Source of the DNA: Sminthopsis crassicaudata
Taxonomy: Eukaryota
Assembly: GCF_048593235.1 (NCBI RefSeq)
Contig: NC_133619.1
Span: 64,370,454-64,434,453 of the forward strand
DNA length: 64,000 nt
Direction of reading: 5' to 3'
The notes under the pieces are model-generated. The model had not been told where the DNA came from. It did no database searches and saw only the letters and a program-made list of their open reading frames with translations. Each line of letters begins with the position of its first letter. Position 1 is the stretch's first letter. This document shows positions 49,336 to 61,431 of this stretch, one piece after another. The position numbers and the translations under genes were made by a program.

Positions 49336-49427
49336 AGCAAAAAGAACTTTCAATGGAGTTTCTCTGGGCAAAAGAGTCAATGGCAGCCCAGAGACAAGAA
49401 TCCATCTGATGTTCCTAGGCCTGGTAT
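49336..49427 (+). CDS. Candidate exon (88 or 92 nt), product unidentified
   Basis: Acceptor ttttgcaacttttcag; tandem donors CTG|gtatgt and TAT|gtaagt; two frames open. Confidence 0.2.
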
Positions 49428-50463
49428 GTAAGTAAAGCTATCCCCAGAGAGGAAGGGCCAAGGGAGAGAAAGTTATATGCCACAGAAGAAAAGGTGAAGA
49501 TGAGTAAAAGCAACTGTCTATTACCTCCAGTGTACAGTACCATGACTATGAATGAAGATTCAATGTTTTGTGATTTTGAACATGGTTTGATTTTTTCCTT
49601 TTTATTTTAAAGTAGATTTTCCCAGCAATTTTATTAAAATTACTGGGAGATAGAAACATTCTGAAATTTTAATTTTTTGTTCTTAAATTAATAAATACTA
49701 TTCTTAATCATATTATTATTTAATTAACTGATTTTTTTCTTTCTACTTTTGGAGGGAAGAATTTAATTTGTTCTTAAAATTTTGTTGTACAATTGTATAT
49801 ATGCACATATATTACATGTGTATACATACATATCTATATTCTTGCATATATGTATACCATATTTGCATATGCTTATATGTATGTATATATGTATATGTAT
49901 GTAGGTGTATATATGTGTGTGTGTGCAATTTGTTCTTTTCTCACCAGTTTTTCAGTCTTTCTTAAGTTCCTGTTTTTATTATTATTATTATTATTCCTGT
50001 TTTCTACTTCTCTATGCTATTTCCTGCTATCATACTCACTATGTTGCTTTACAATGACAAATGTAAATGTGAAAGTCTATTATTTATTTCTAGTAATAAT
50101 ACAATTGGCACATGTTAGCTGAAACCACAACCTGTACCCATGATTCTGATGTGAAGGCTATGGTTTATCTATATCCTTGGTGTTGGTATGTGATTGTGAT
50201 CTTGTGTTGTTATTTGCTGAATACCTATTTTATTGTCAATGTACCACATTTGCATCACATGATTTACTGCTTCATAGAATTAGTGCATAGATAATATTTA
50301 AATATTCACATTTAGGGTTTAAAAGTGATATAATATTTGTAAAGCATTTGGCATAGTGTTTGGCACATTATGGGGATATTCTCCAGATACCTTTTAGGAG
50401 GGGAGAGAATGACATCCTTTTTTAGTTGTGCTTGATAGCAGGAGAATGGTAGAGATAATTTCT

Positions 50464-50466
<3 letters not shown>

Positions 50467-50503
<37 letters not shown>
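50467..50503. repeat. (TG)n microsatellite
   Basis: Directly visible. Confidence 0.95.
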
Positions 50504-50507
<4 letters not shown>

Positions 50508-52740
50508 CTAACCATTTCTTAGGAGAGTTTGGAGAAGGTTCAAAGACTCCCCCCAATATTGGTGAACTCAAAGTCAAGTTCACAAAAGCCATGGTCATGT
50601 CTTTCGACTCTCACCTGAAGGTTCCATGAGTTGTAGACTTTCAACTTTAGGGAGAAGCACATAGCTAACTTATCTTCAAAGGGCTCTTGTCACCACAAAC
50701 TTGTGAGACCATGAGTCACCAAAAACCATGTAGAACACTCTAAAGAAGTACCAGGAATAATCTGAAGCTAGTTTATTTTTATATTTAGGATAATGGGATT
50801 TAGTAAAGAAAGAACTCTTTTAGAATAGCTTCTTCATTTTATAGAGGAGACATAGTCCAGGGCTTGATTTTGGGGAACTTCCTCAATTTCTCTTATTTCA
50901 GATGACTCATTTGTTAAAAATGACTACTAAGGTCCCTCCCAGTTCTACATTTATGAGCCCATGGTTCTTAGACCCAGTCCTGGAGTGAAGGGCTTAGAGC
51001 CAAAATATCATCACAAGCAACTCCGTCTATTTTCACTACCTTTCATTACACTCTGGCCAAACACTTTTTCATCAACATATATGTATATTTGGGTTTTAAT
51101 ACTTAGTCTTTGACTAGGACACCCTTTCCTACTTTTCTCTTCCAGATTTGGCTTTCCTGATGTCCCCATGTCTGTCCATCTCTTTCCTGCTTCCCCCTAG
51201 AAATTCTGGTCAAGGCTATCGAGTTGGGCTTTCCAGAGCAGTTGGGTGCAAAATACTTTGGAAAATGTCTGGATGGGGGAGACCTCACAGTGGTAAAGTA
51301 TCACTGGCATTTTGTGTGGCCGCTCTCTCACTAACAGCTATACCCACATAGATATCCATTTGTCATGGGGCATAAGGAAAGTATAGACAGCCAAATATGA
51401 CCAGGCTGCTATTTCTGCCATAACGTTTCTCACTGTAGCTACTGTATGCTGTTCTCCTACCCCCACCTCAAATTGGAAGAACTGACACACACCACATTGA
51501 TTTTGCTGGCTCAGAGAGCTATTCTTGCTATAGTAATTTCAAAACGTTTTTCTGCCTTTCTCCAACCTGGGGAACACTCTCCCACCAACATATAGAATCT
51601 ATGGGAAAAGTGGATTCAAACTTAGAGTAGAATGCTATTGAGGAACACACACACAAATTCATGGATGACAAAGTAACAATTCCTGATACTTCAGGGTCTG
51701 GAAGTCTTTTCTTTCTTTCTTTTTTAAATTATTATTTAAAAAAAACAGAACAAGAAAAAAAATGCAGAAAAATATGAAACAAAATAAAGCAAAACAAAAC
51801 AGTACATTGTTATGTGTCCAGCAGAACATCAGGGAGGATTCAAAATATATAACGACAAATTACCAAATCAAGAAAGTGTATATATTAGTAGAAAAATTGT
51901 GTTCATCAGTGTTATTTATTTATTTATTTTTACTTCCTGGTAAATTGTTCTTTGGTTCTCTGCTGTGCACCTTTTTTACTTTATCTCCTCCCTGTTTTCA
52001 TTTCTCTACCATTCTGCTGCTTTCTTACAGTTAAGAAAGAATATATTTATGTATACATATGTAGATATATACATATACATACATACACACATTATCCTCC
52101 CTCTGCATACATACACACCTTTTCTATCCATGATTCTGCTCCTTAATTTGTCTTGCTGTTACTTACCCTTTCCCCACCTATGGATCCCTCTTTTGTCTTC
52201 TTCCCTTACCCTTTGCTTCCCTATCCACCCATCCCTTCCCCTTTATTTCTTTACAGACTTTGGAAGGTACTATACCCCTCATGGATATATGTAGTTTTGC
52301 CTATTAAGACCATTCCCGATGTGAGTAGGTATGAAGACCAGCCCTACTCCCCCTTCTAATGACTCTGTGCCTCTGTACCTCATTTGTAATAACATGATTA
52401 CTCCTTTTATCTTACCTCTGCCTCAATCTTTCTTTGGAGATACCCTATTGTTGATGTCAATCTTAAGCATATGGTTTACATTGCTCATGTAAAAACAAAA
52501 ACAAATAATTTGTCTATGTCAAGTTCCTTGAAATTGATCTTTGATGTTAGTTTGTATATTTTAAGTTTTCTTTTGGGTTTGGGTTGGTTGAAAATCCTGT
52601 GAAAATTTGCAAGTTTGTTGAATGACTATTTTTTTTTCTCATTCAATATTATAGATAATATTACTGGATGTGGTATTTTTGGCTACTGGACTAGTTCTTT
52701 TGATTGTTGGTAGATATGATGCCAGTACCTATGGTCTTTT

Positions 52741-52870
52741 TTTTTTCTTTCTTTTCTTTTAGACAATTGGAGTTAAGTGACTTGCCCAGGTTCACACATC
52801 CAGGAAAGTGATAAGTGTCTGAGGTCAGATTTGAACTCAGGGCTCTATCTACTGCATCATCTAGCTGCCC
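52741..52870 (-). mobile_element. WSINE1-type SINE with internal deletion and TSD
   Basis: TSD tacct[a/g]tggtctttt (52726-52740, 52871-52885). Confidence 0.9.
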
Positions 52871-53336
52871 TACCTGTGGTCTTTTATTGTGGCTGCTGAT
52901 AAGTCCTGTACAATTCTAGTTATAGCTCTAGCATATTTGAATTGTTATTTTCTAATTTTTTTTTCAAATTTTCTATTTGATCTGGGGTTTTGAAATTTGG
53001 CAATAATATTCCTATATGTTTTCCAGAAAGGATCTTGTTGAAGTAGTGATAGGTAGATCTTTTTTCTATTTCTACTTTCCCCTCATGTTCTATCACTTCA
53101 GGACAATTTTCTTGGCTTATTTCTTGCATTATTGTATCAAGGTTCTTTTTTTGGTCACAGCTTTCAGGCAGCCCAATTATTCTTTTATTTTCTCTTTTTG
53201 ATCAGTTCTCTATATCTGTCATTTTTGTTATAAGATGTTTCATATTCTGTTTTATTTTTTCAATCTTTAAAATCTGTTTTGTTATTTCTTGGTCTCTTAT
53301 TGTTTCACTAGCTTCTCCTTGCCCAATTCTCATTTT

Positions 53337-53468
53337 CTTTCCTTTTTCTGAGGCTTTTCTTAAGTGACTTGCCCAGGGTCACATGTCTAGGAAATGTTAA
53401 GTGTCTGGGATCAGATTTGAATTCAGGTCCTCCTGACTTCAGGGCTGGTACTCTATCCACTGCTGTCC
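53337..53468 (-). mobile_element. WSINE1-type SINE, head truncated
   Basis: taagtgacttgcccagggtcac...tcctcctgacttcagggctggtactctatccactg; approximate TSD caattct(c)atttt. Confidence 0.88.
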
Positions 53469-55869
53469 CTCAATTCTATTTTTCAAAGAGTTATTTTCAT
53501 TTTTGAGATTCTGTAGTTCCTTTTCTAAATGGTTAGAATTTTTTCATAATCTTGTTTTTCTTGGATGGTTTTCATTTTTTTTTTTTTTAGTTTTTCCTCA
53601 ATGTCTCTCATTTGATTTTTAAATACTTTTTTGAATTTCTCTTGGCGGGGAACCATTTCACATTATTCTTTGGAGTAGAAGTTTTTTTCCCCCTCAGTTC
53701 CCTTCTCTGAAGATGAATACTGGTATTCCCTTTTCCCATAAGTAGATTTCTATGGTGGGGTTCTTTCTTCTTTGCTATTTCATTTTTTTTTTAAATAAAA
53801 GGTATTGTTAGAAGTACCTCTAATGGCAGAGTGGAAGAGGGAAAGTGCCTCTAACTTCACTTCAGCTCTCCCTTGTGATCTAGCACTCCAAAGCAAGAGA
53901 TCCTCTCTAGCAACCCTGCCCGAAATCAGCAGCATTCCTGCCCTGCTGCTCCTTTGCTCTGATATGCTGATTCCTTCTCGCCCAGGGCAGCATCCCAGCA
54001 GCATAGCTGGGTCTGGTGTTCTTAATCAGCTGAAGTTCACTCAATCTTCCTGGATTTAGATCCTACCATGCTGTTCAGGAGGTGAAAGTTTCTGTGGTTC
54101 TTGCTGAGGCTCCAGCCACACCTAGCTCACCCCAAGGTTCTCCATTTGGTGTTTGTGGAGATAGCCCAGAGGTGTTTGTACTGCATTTGGGTTAATCTCC
54201 AGCTTGAGGTCTTTTTTCAGATCTTCTGGGGTTGTACCAGGAGGATCTCTATTCTGCCCCAAGTCTTCTTGATTTTTTATTAATCTATGTTAGCTCTGAG
54301 GTGCAAATTTGTTCTGTTTGCGCAGGAAACCTTGCTGTATTAACCTACTCCTCCATCTTCCCAGAATCCTCCCCCTCTTTCTTTGTAAAATCTTCATGTA
54401 CCTTCCTTTAGGCTCAACATCTCTGTTGGGTGGGCTGCTTGTCCACAATCTCTTATTAAATCTTTGTAGCTTCATTCTAGCACATATGTCTAATAAATAC
54501 TTAAAAATAAAAGAACATAACCCTGATGAAAAGAAAATAAAAAGTTGTCAGTAAAGGATTAGCCTCCCCTCCCCACAAAACAACTATGTACCAGTGGTTT
54601 CTGTTCAAAGCAGATGAAGATACCCACCAAGGATTGCTGACCCCTAGTTTTAACCTTAAGAGTAAAGAGCAGTGGCTGTCTGAATGGGGTTCATGTGAGA
54701 GATACTAGAAAACCTACCTTCCCAGAAATGTCTCATTTAAGACTAGTCAGAGTGGCTGCCTGAAATTTTCATGATATATTAGACTCACTCCTTGGATTCT
54801 TCTAGTGTCAAGTACATTCTCACACTAACATGTTACTGGGATTAAATTTAGACAATCTAATAGTAAGATAATAAACATAGCATACGTTGAGATTGTTTGA
54901 AGTACTCTGAAGGCCTGCTGAGAGACCTATTTTCAGAGATGAATGTATTTGATTTCTGTCGCCACCCATTGTTGCCTGATTAAAAACATGACTGAGATAA
55001 TGAGATGCAAGATCCAATCTCCATCTTGGTGACTAACAATTAGTTCTAAGCTAGGTCAAAGAAGAGAGCAGGAGAAAAGGATTAGCTCTTCAGTGTGGTA
55101 CTTCCCATAGTACTGTGAATAAAATAAAATTTGAGCATAATAATAAACTAAAAAAAGCATAAGAATAATAATCCCCTCTCAGATATCATTTTCTTATAAT
55201 GGATAATAACTAACTGATCAGAGTCTTAAGTCCAATTTTGGGCTTCACAGCTGAAAGTGTCTGTCATTGGAAGGAACATGGGCCTGGGGCTATGGAGCTT
55301 GGGTAAAAGTTGGCAGTTATGACAATAGCTAGCTGTGTGATCTTGGGGCAAGTTGCTTAATTTATACAGTCCTCAATTTCATTAGCTCTAAGTTGAGAGA
55401 CTACATAATCATTACTTACATTTGTATATCACTTTAAAGGCTGCAAACAGTTTTCCAGCAAACTCTGTGAGGCAGATGGTGCAAGTGATCCCTGTCTCAT
55501 CGATTCTTATCTTATAGAAAACGGATGCTTTCAGAGAGGTCAAGGGAATTCATCTGGAGCTACACACCTGACATGTGTTAGAAGCAAGACATGAACCCAG
55601 ATGTCCAAATTTGATAACTAATGCTCTTTCCTCTATACCATGCTGTAGACTCTGCAATTTTAAGGTTTAATCCTTGTCATCTTTGATTGTAAGTAAGTTT
55701 AAATGGAGAGGAGAAAAAAGAAATATCTTGAGTATAAGTTGCATAGGGAACTAGCTCAGGAGTCAGATTCAAGGGGCTGGCAGCCATTAATGATGAGGAT
55801 ACTAATGTGAGAGATACTGGTTTCAAATTCCTCTCCAGAATATTGGACATTGATAAAATTAATCAATTC

Positions 55870-57240
55870 AAACATTTATTCAAGTCATTCTCCAATTGAT
55901 AAATAGTCAAAAGATAAGAACAGAAAGTTTTCAGATAAAAAGAAATCAAAGCTATCTATAGTCATATGAAAAAAATTCTTGTTGATAAGAGAAATACAAA
56001 GGAAAACAGCAGATGGTAGCTCACAACTCTCAGATTAACGATGACTGGAAAAGATAATGCTGAATTTCAGAGGAGATGTAGGAAAACTGGAATACTAATT
56101 CATTGTTCATGGAGTTGTGAAGTGATTCTGTCCTTTTGGAGAATAGTATGGAACTGTACTCAAAGGGCTATAAAACTATATGGAGTTATATCACAAAGAA
56201 ATCATAAAAAAGGAGAAAGGACCCACATGTGCAAAAATGCTTGTGACAGTTCTTTTTGTGGTGGTAAAGAGCTAGAAACAGAGTAGATGTCTACTATTTG
56301 GGGAATGGTTGAATAAATTATGGTATATGAATGTAATGAAATATTATTGTTCTATAAGAAATGATGAGCAGGCTAATTTCAGAAAAGCCTGGAGAGATTT
56401 ACATGAACTGAAGCTAAATGAAATGAGCAGAATCAGGAGATCTTTGTACGCAGTAACAGCAAGATCATGTGATGATAAACTATGCCAGAGTTAACTCATC
56501 TCAGCATTACATTGATCCAAGATATTCCTATAGACTTGGGATGGAAAATATTGTCTGTATCCAGAAAAAGAACTATGATACAGAATGTGAATTGAAGCAT
56601 ACCATTTTCACCTTAAATTTTTTTTTGTTTGCTTTTTCTTTCCTTTTCCCTTTTGTTCTGGTTTTTCTTTAACAATGTAACAAATATGGAGATATATTTA
56701 AAATGGTTGCATAGTATAACCTATATCAGATTGCTTGCTGTCTTGGGGATGGGGGAGGTAAGGGAAAGAAGGAGAAAAAAATTTGGAGCTTAAAATCTTA
56801 TAAAAATTAATGTCGAAAACTATCTTTACATGTAATTGGAAAAAATAAAATACTATCTAAAAAAAAAGAAAACAATAGTTAGATACCACTTCATACCTAA
56901 CATGACAGAATAGGAAAAATAACAAATGTTGGAAAGGACATAGGAAAATTACCACAGTGATACACTGTTGGTAGAATTGTGAACTCATCCAACCATTCTG
57001 GAGAGGAATTTGAAACTATGCCTGACGTGCTATAAAACTGATTCTTTTATTTAGCAATATCATTTCTAGGTCTGCATCTCAAAGAGATTAAAAAAAAAAG
57101 GAAAAGGACCTATATGAATAAAAATATTTATACCAGCTCTTTTGTGGTGGCAAAGTATTAGAAATAGAGAGATGCTTCTAACAAGCTATGGCATACGATT
57201 AAGATGGAATAGTACTGTGCTGTAAGAAATGATGAGCCAC
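55870..57240 (+). mobile_element. L1 ORF2 C-terminus plus 3' UTR and A-tail (to about 56875), followed by a second older L1 fragment
   Basis: Translations RCRKTGILIHCSWSCEVILSFW and LNKLWYMNVMKYYCSIRND are marsupial L1 ORF2 C-terminal motifs. Confidence 0.92.
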
Positions 57241-58222
57241 TCAGTTAAGTGATTTGCTTAACTTTTCCTAATCTCAATTTCTTCATTGTGAAAAGGGAGT
57301 GTAATGACTAACATTGCCTATCTCAAAAGGTTGTTGTGAGGAAAGCACTATGGTTTATATGTCATGAGCATGTCACATCATAAACACTTACTTATATGTC
57401 ATGAAATCTCATCATCTTACAGATTTATTCAGATTCTGATACTCAACCCTTCTCAACTCATCCTCCAGTTGCCTCTATCCTCTGATTGGAGGATTAGAAG
57501 CATTAACTCCTCCCAAAGCCTTCTTTTACTGAGGACTCACACACAATCTTCTAAATAATTCTATTTTCTTTGCCAGAAACTTTGTCTGGTCTTGATTCCA
57601 TGGAACCTCATGCCCTCTCTCTTTTTCATCATCCTTCTGTGTATTATTATTCCTCATTAGACTGTAAACTCTCTGAGGGCAGGGACAGTCTCTTTTTCTT
57701 ATTTGTATCCCCCAAACTTAGTACCTGACACATAGTAGGCATTTAATAAATGTTTATGGAGTTAAATTGAATAAAGGACTAAGAAAGTATGAATATTATT
57801 TTGATCTCTGAGGTCTATTGCCTTAATGCTCTAGGAATTTCTAAACGTAAAACTATCATACCTGAATTACCAAATCTGAAGAATGGGGCTTTCCTTAGAA
57901 TCTGGCATTTCATTTTTCTAAGAGGTCAGAGCTAATATTGGGTGAGTCATCAGCCTTGTTCTTCATGTCAAGAGTAATTACAGGATCTGATGGTCCCGGT
58001 ATTGCTGTATCCGGGGGGACCAGGGCTCCGGAAGCTGTGATGCTGCTCTTATTTCCTCCTAATTCCAACCTTCTGTTTTCACTTGTTCCATTTCCTCCAA
58101 ATTCCCTTCCCAGGCTAAAAGTTTCCATTCTTGGTCTTGGCCCAGAAGTGAAATTCTTTGGAAACTTTCAGTTCTGTTCATTCAACCATTGTTGAGTTGA
58201 GAAATGGGATGGTGGAAGTGGA

Positions 58223-58244
58223 GGGTTATGGGGAGGTGGGTGGG
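58223..58244 (+). other. Canonical G-quadruplex-forming motif
   Basis: GGG-ttat-GGGG-aggt-GGG-t-GGG. Confidence 0.6.
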
Positions 58245-58559
58245 AAGAAGAGGAACAGAATCTAGGTTCTGCTGATTTTTGGTGTTTAAAAAGAAAGTAA
58301 TGTCTGATGTAAAATCTCTAGCTTTCTAATTGGTAGCTGGTGGTGGCAACAACAATTCAACTCCAAGGCTGGCGTGAAGAAATGTCCCACATCCCACACT
58401 CAAACCAAGGCTCATGTTAGTTTACTTTCATACAGGGAAGCTCTAGAATCTTACTTCTGTACTTGCCATCAGTCTTTGTTAGGTATGGAAAGTGACAGGC
58501 AAGAGAATATCCAAAGTGGGGGTGGGTTGATCAGGATATTAAAGAATTAGAGAGGAAAA

Positions 58560-59630
58560 AGTCTGTCCAAAGAGAGTTTGAAGAAATCAGGGATGTTTAA
58601 TCTGTTAATGAGAAAATTCAGGGGGAACATGATTTAAAAATATATATATATATATATATTTTTAACACACATTGCCTTATGAATCATGTTGGTAGAGAAA
58701 AATCAGAGCAAAATGGAAAAGCCATGGGAGAGATAAAAAAAAAAAACAGAAAAAAGAAGTGAACATAGCATGGGTTGATTTACATTCAGTCTCCTTAGTT
58801 CTTTTTCTGGATGCAGATGGCATTTTCTGTCCAAAGTCTATTGGGATTGCTTTGGATCGCTAAATCACTGAGAAGAACTAAGTCTTTTATAGTTGATCAT
58901 CACACATTCTTGCTATTGTATATAATATACTCCTGGTTCTGCTTGTTTCACTCAGCATCAATTAATGTAAATTTTTCTAAATTCAGCTTGTTAAACATTT
59001 TTTATAGAATAATAATATTCCATTGCCTTCATACACCACAACTTGTTCAGCCATTCTCTAACTGATGGGCAGCTACTCGTTTTCCAATTCTTTGCTACTG
59101 CAAAAAGAGCTGCTACGTACATTTTTTGCACATGTGGTTCCTTTCCCCTCTTTTATTATTTCCTTAGGACACAGACTTAGTAATGGCACTGCTGGATCAA
59201 AGGGTACGCATAGTTCCAGATTGCTCTCCAGAATAATTGGATTATTTCACAACTCCACCAATAATGCATAAGTGTCCCAGTTTTCCCACATTCCCATTTA
59301 TCATTATCATTTGAGAGTATGCTTGTTTTCTTAAAGTATTTAAAGGATTGTGGAGGCAGCATCAGAATTCTCTTTGGCTCTAGAAGACAACCAGGAGCAA
59401 TGGATGGAAGTGGATAAGAGACAGATTTTAGCCTGATGTAAGGAAATTTTTCTTAAATTTTAGAACTAAACAAAAGTGAAATAGTCTTAGGATAGAATGA
59501 GTTCCTTCTCTCTAGTAGACATCAGAGAAAGACTGGAAGAGCCAATGTGGAGTACGTTGGAGAAGGAAATTTGCTTGGGTTAGACTGGATGACTTCTGAC
59601 GTCCCTTGAAATGATAAGGTTCTGGGACAA
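58560..59630 (+). mobile_element. CR1/L3 3' end split by a nested minus-strand L1 (about 58640-59310)
   Basis: gggatgtttaatctg...gggggaacatg before the L1; aagtatttaaagga...ggagcaatggatggaag...tagactggatgacttctgacgtccctt after it. Confidence 0.75.
58640..59310 (-). mobile_element. Marsupial L1 3' fragment
   Basis: Same subfamily motifs as 17885-18468 (cacattgccttatgaatcatgttgg...). Confidence 0.9.
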
Positions 59631-60426
59631 AGGAAAAATTCTTAGTTTCTACAACTAAGATACTTAGATACTTGTTTGGACGGAAATTGGTCCCTACATG
59701 ACACAATCATAGAAAGAAAGAGATTGTGAGAGTATAGGCTCATGAATGGGGAGTGGGAGCATATTTTGTATATGAATTATGTTCTTAGTAACTATCTCCC
59801 TATTGGAAGGAGTCTTTAGGAGCTCAGAAGGTAACTTTTATGTTGGTGATCCAATTCTGACTTATTAGTTTTCAGAGATAATGTAGAATAGGAATTCGTG
59901 GTTTATAAAGAGATTCATGCATAGGATTCTATGATTAAAGAATTCCCATCCTTCAGTGTCTGGGATGAGTTTGCATGTCTGCTTCTGGATCAGTTCTCTA
60001 AGGACTGGCAATAAGGAAAAGGGTCTTATCTTTGAGTTCTGATTAGAAGAAAGACTGTTGTCTGTGGGCAATAGCAAGATTCTGTTTTCTTTCTGTGTGG
60101 GAAGTTCAGAATGGGAATGGAGTTGGACAGATTACTGTGGGTGATAAAAAATGGATCCAGATAAAGAGCTAATTAGACTCTTGTCTGAGAGCATGGCTTT
60201 GAGGCTCTCTCATTTACAGACAATTTCCAGCAACCAAGACAATACTTTACAGTTCCAGAGAGAAATAATAGACTTGGAAGATGAACAAAGGCATTTTGGT
60301 AGTACTCACCTTTGCTCTCCTATAGAGGCTTTAATTATCGTAGTAATGTGCCCATAAAGGAATCAGAAAAAAATGCTGCCCCAACATCCCTTGAAATGTT
60401 TCTGCTGTGACTTGTTTATGCTTAGG

Positions 60427-60444
60427 TTTGCAATGGAATTTCCC
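60427..60444. promoter_or_regulatory. Abutting C/EBP-like (TTTGCAAT) and NF-kB (TGGAATTTCCC) motifs
   Basis: Reverse complement contains canonical GGGAAATTCC; unique DNA. Confidence 0.45.
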
Positions 60445-60544
60445 AGATTCCAGTTTAAAAATATTTGAAAATAACTGAGCCTGCAATTAGGTTACACTGC
60501 CATGAGGTGGCAATAAAACCTTTTCTTTTTATATTCTGTTGTAC

Positions 60545-60740
60545 AATCACATCACTTGTGTCTTATTCTTTGTGACCCAATTTGGGATTTACTTTGGAGT
60601 GGTTTGCCATTTTCTTCAGCTCATTTTATAGATGAGGAAACTGAGGCAAATAGGATAAATTGCCTTGCACAGGATCATACAGTTAGTCTGTGTCTAAGCT
60701 GGATTTGAATTCAGTCTCTATTGCCCCAGCTACCTGCCCT
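60545..60740 (-). mobile_element. Degraded MAR1-type SINE
   Basis: tttgtgacccaatttggg...ggagtggtttgccattttcttcagctcattttatagatgaggaaactgaggc. Confidence 0.8.
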
Positions 60741-61407
60741 TTTTATATTCTTAGCTCCCACAAACTATCAACTGAAAAAATACACTTAATACTATGATTA
60801 ATAATACAAATAGATTAGCATTCTTTCCCATTCATTATTCTTAAAAAACAGAACATTGTATTTAAGTAGTTTAATGAATATTTATCTAAAACAACAACCA
60901 AAAAAAAAAACTTTTTGTAGGCAGATTTTTGTTATTTCTTTAATTGTGGTAGCAATTTTATCATCTAATCTTTCACATAGTTTTATTAGAATGTTCCTTT
61001 GCAACTCAACCATTTAACTAGAACTAAGTTTCTCAGTTCATATACTTGACTGGATGTTTCAAGCCAACTTTTCTCAAGTGCCAGTGATTTTGCTCTCATA
61101 AATGTTTCATAGATATTTTCTGCTCATCACTTGCAAATCCCTATTTGTCTCTCTTTCTAGCAGGCTTGATTGGGAATTAAGTTTGGAGTTCCTGCATACT
61201 TTCTTCTATGTGGACCAAGAAGAGTGATTATAACCACATGGCTGAAATTCCAGGTGAAATATTCAGAACCTTTGCCCAACCAGAAGCCAGTAATTTTCCA
61301 CTCTCCTTTTCCAGAAGAGAGAAACCTTCCTCTTTAGCAAGAAAAAAATCTACTTTGCTAGGTGTTGCTCAAAACTCAAATCAATGAAGCTTCTCTTAAT
61401 AGCTGAA

Positions 61408-61431
61408 GTTGCCCTTAGCAACCTTGTTTAC
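61408..61431. promoter_or_regulatory. RFX X-box plus adjacent forkhead motif
   Basis: GTTGCC-ctt-AGCAAC fits GTNRCC-N0-3-RGYAAC; TGTTTAC lies 2 nt downstream. Confidence 0.45.

Larger units (their letters stand above)
51705..54375 (-). mobile_element. Near full-length HAL1-like (ORF1-only L1 derivative) element with two nested WSINE1s
   Basis: L1-type 5' end ggaggattctgggaagatggaggagtagg; decayed ORF1p QEISQENCPEVIEHEGKVEIE; then a UTR-like region to a T-tract with no ORF2 motifs recognised. Confidence 0.65.

Noticed and set aside
56041-56494. Protein-like ORFs (also 18196-18417 and 52920-53129)
   Set aside because: Disrupted L1 ORF2 or ORF1 remnants, not host genes
57975-58031. Idea that the two RKL* endings mark a tandem cluster of peroxisomal proteins or cathelicidins
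   Set aside because: RKL is not a canonical PTS1, no cathelin-domain exons or KR cleavage site were seen, and the upstream residues do not align
60151-60357. 68-aa ORF MDPDKELIRLL... with a good Kozak context
   Set aside because: No recognisable family and no convincing splice or promoter support; the length is within chance expectation
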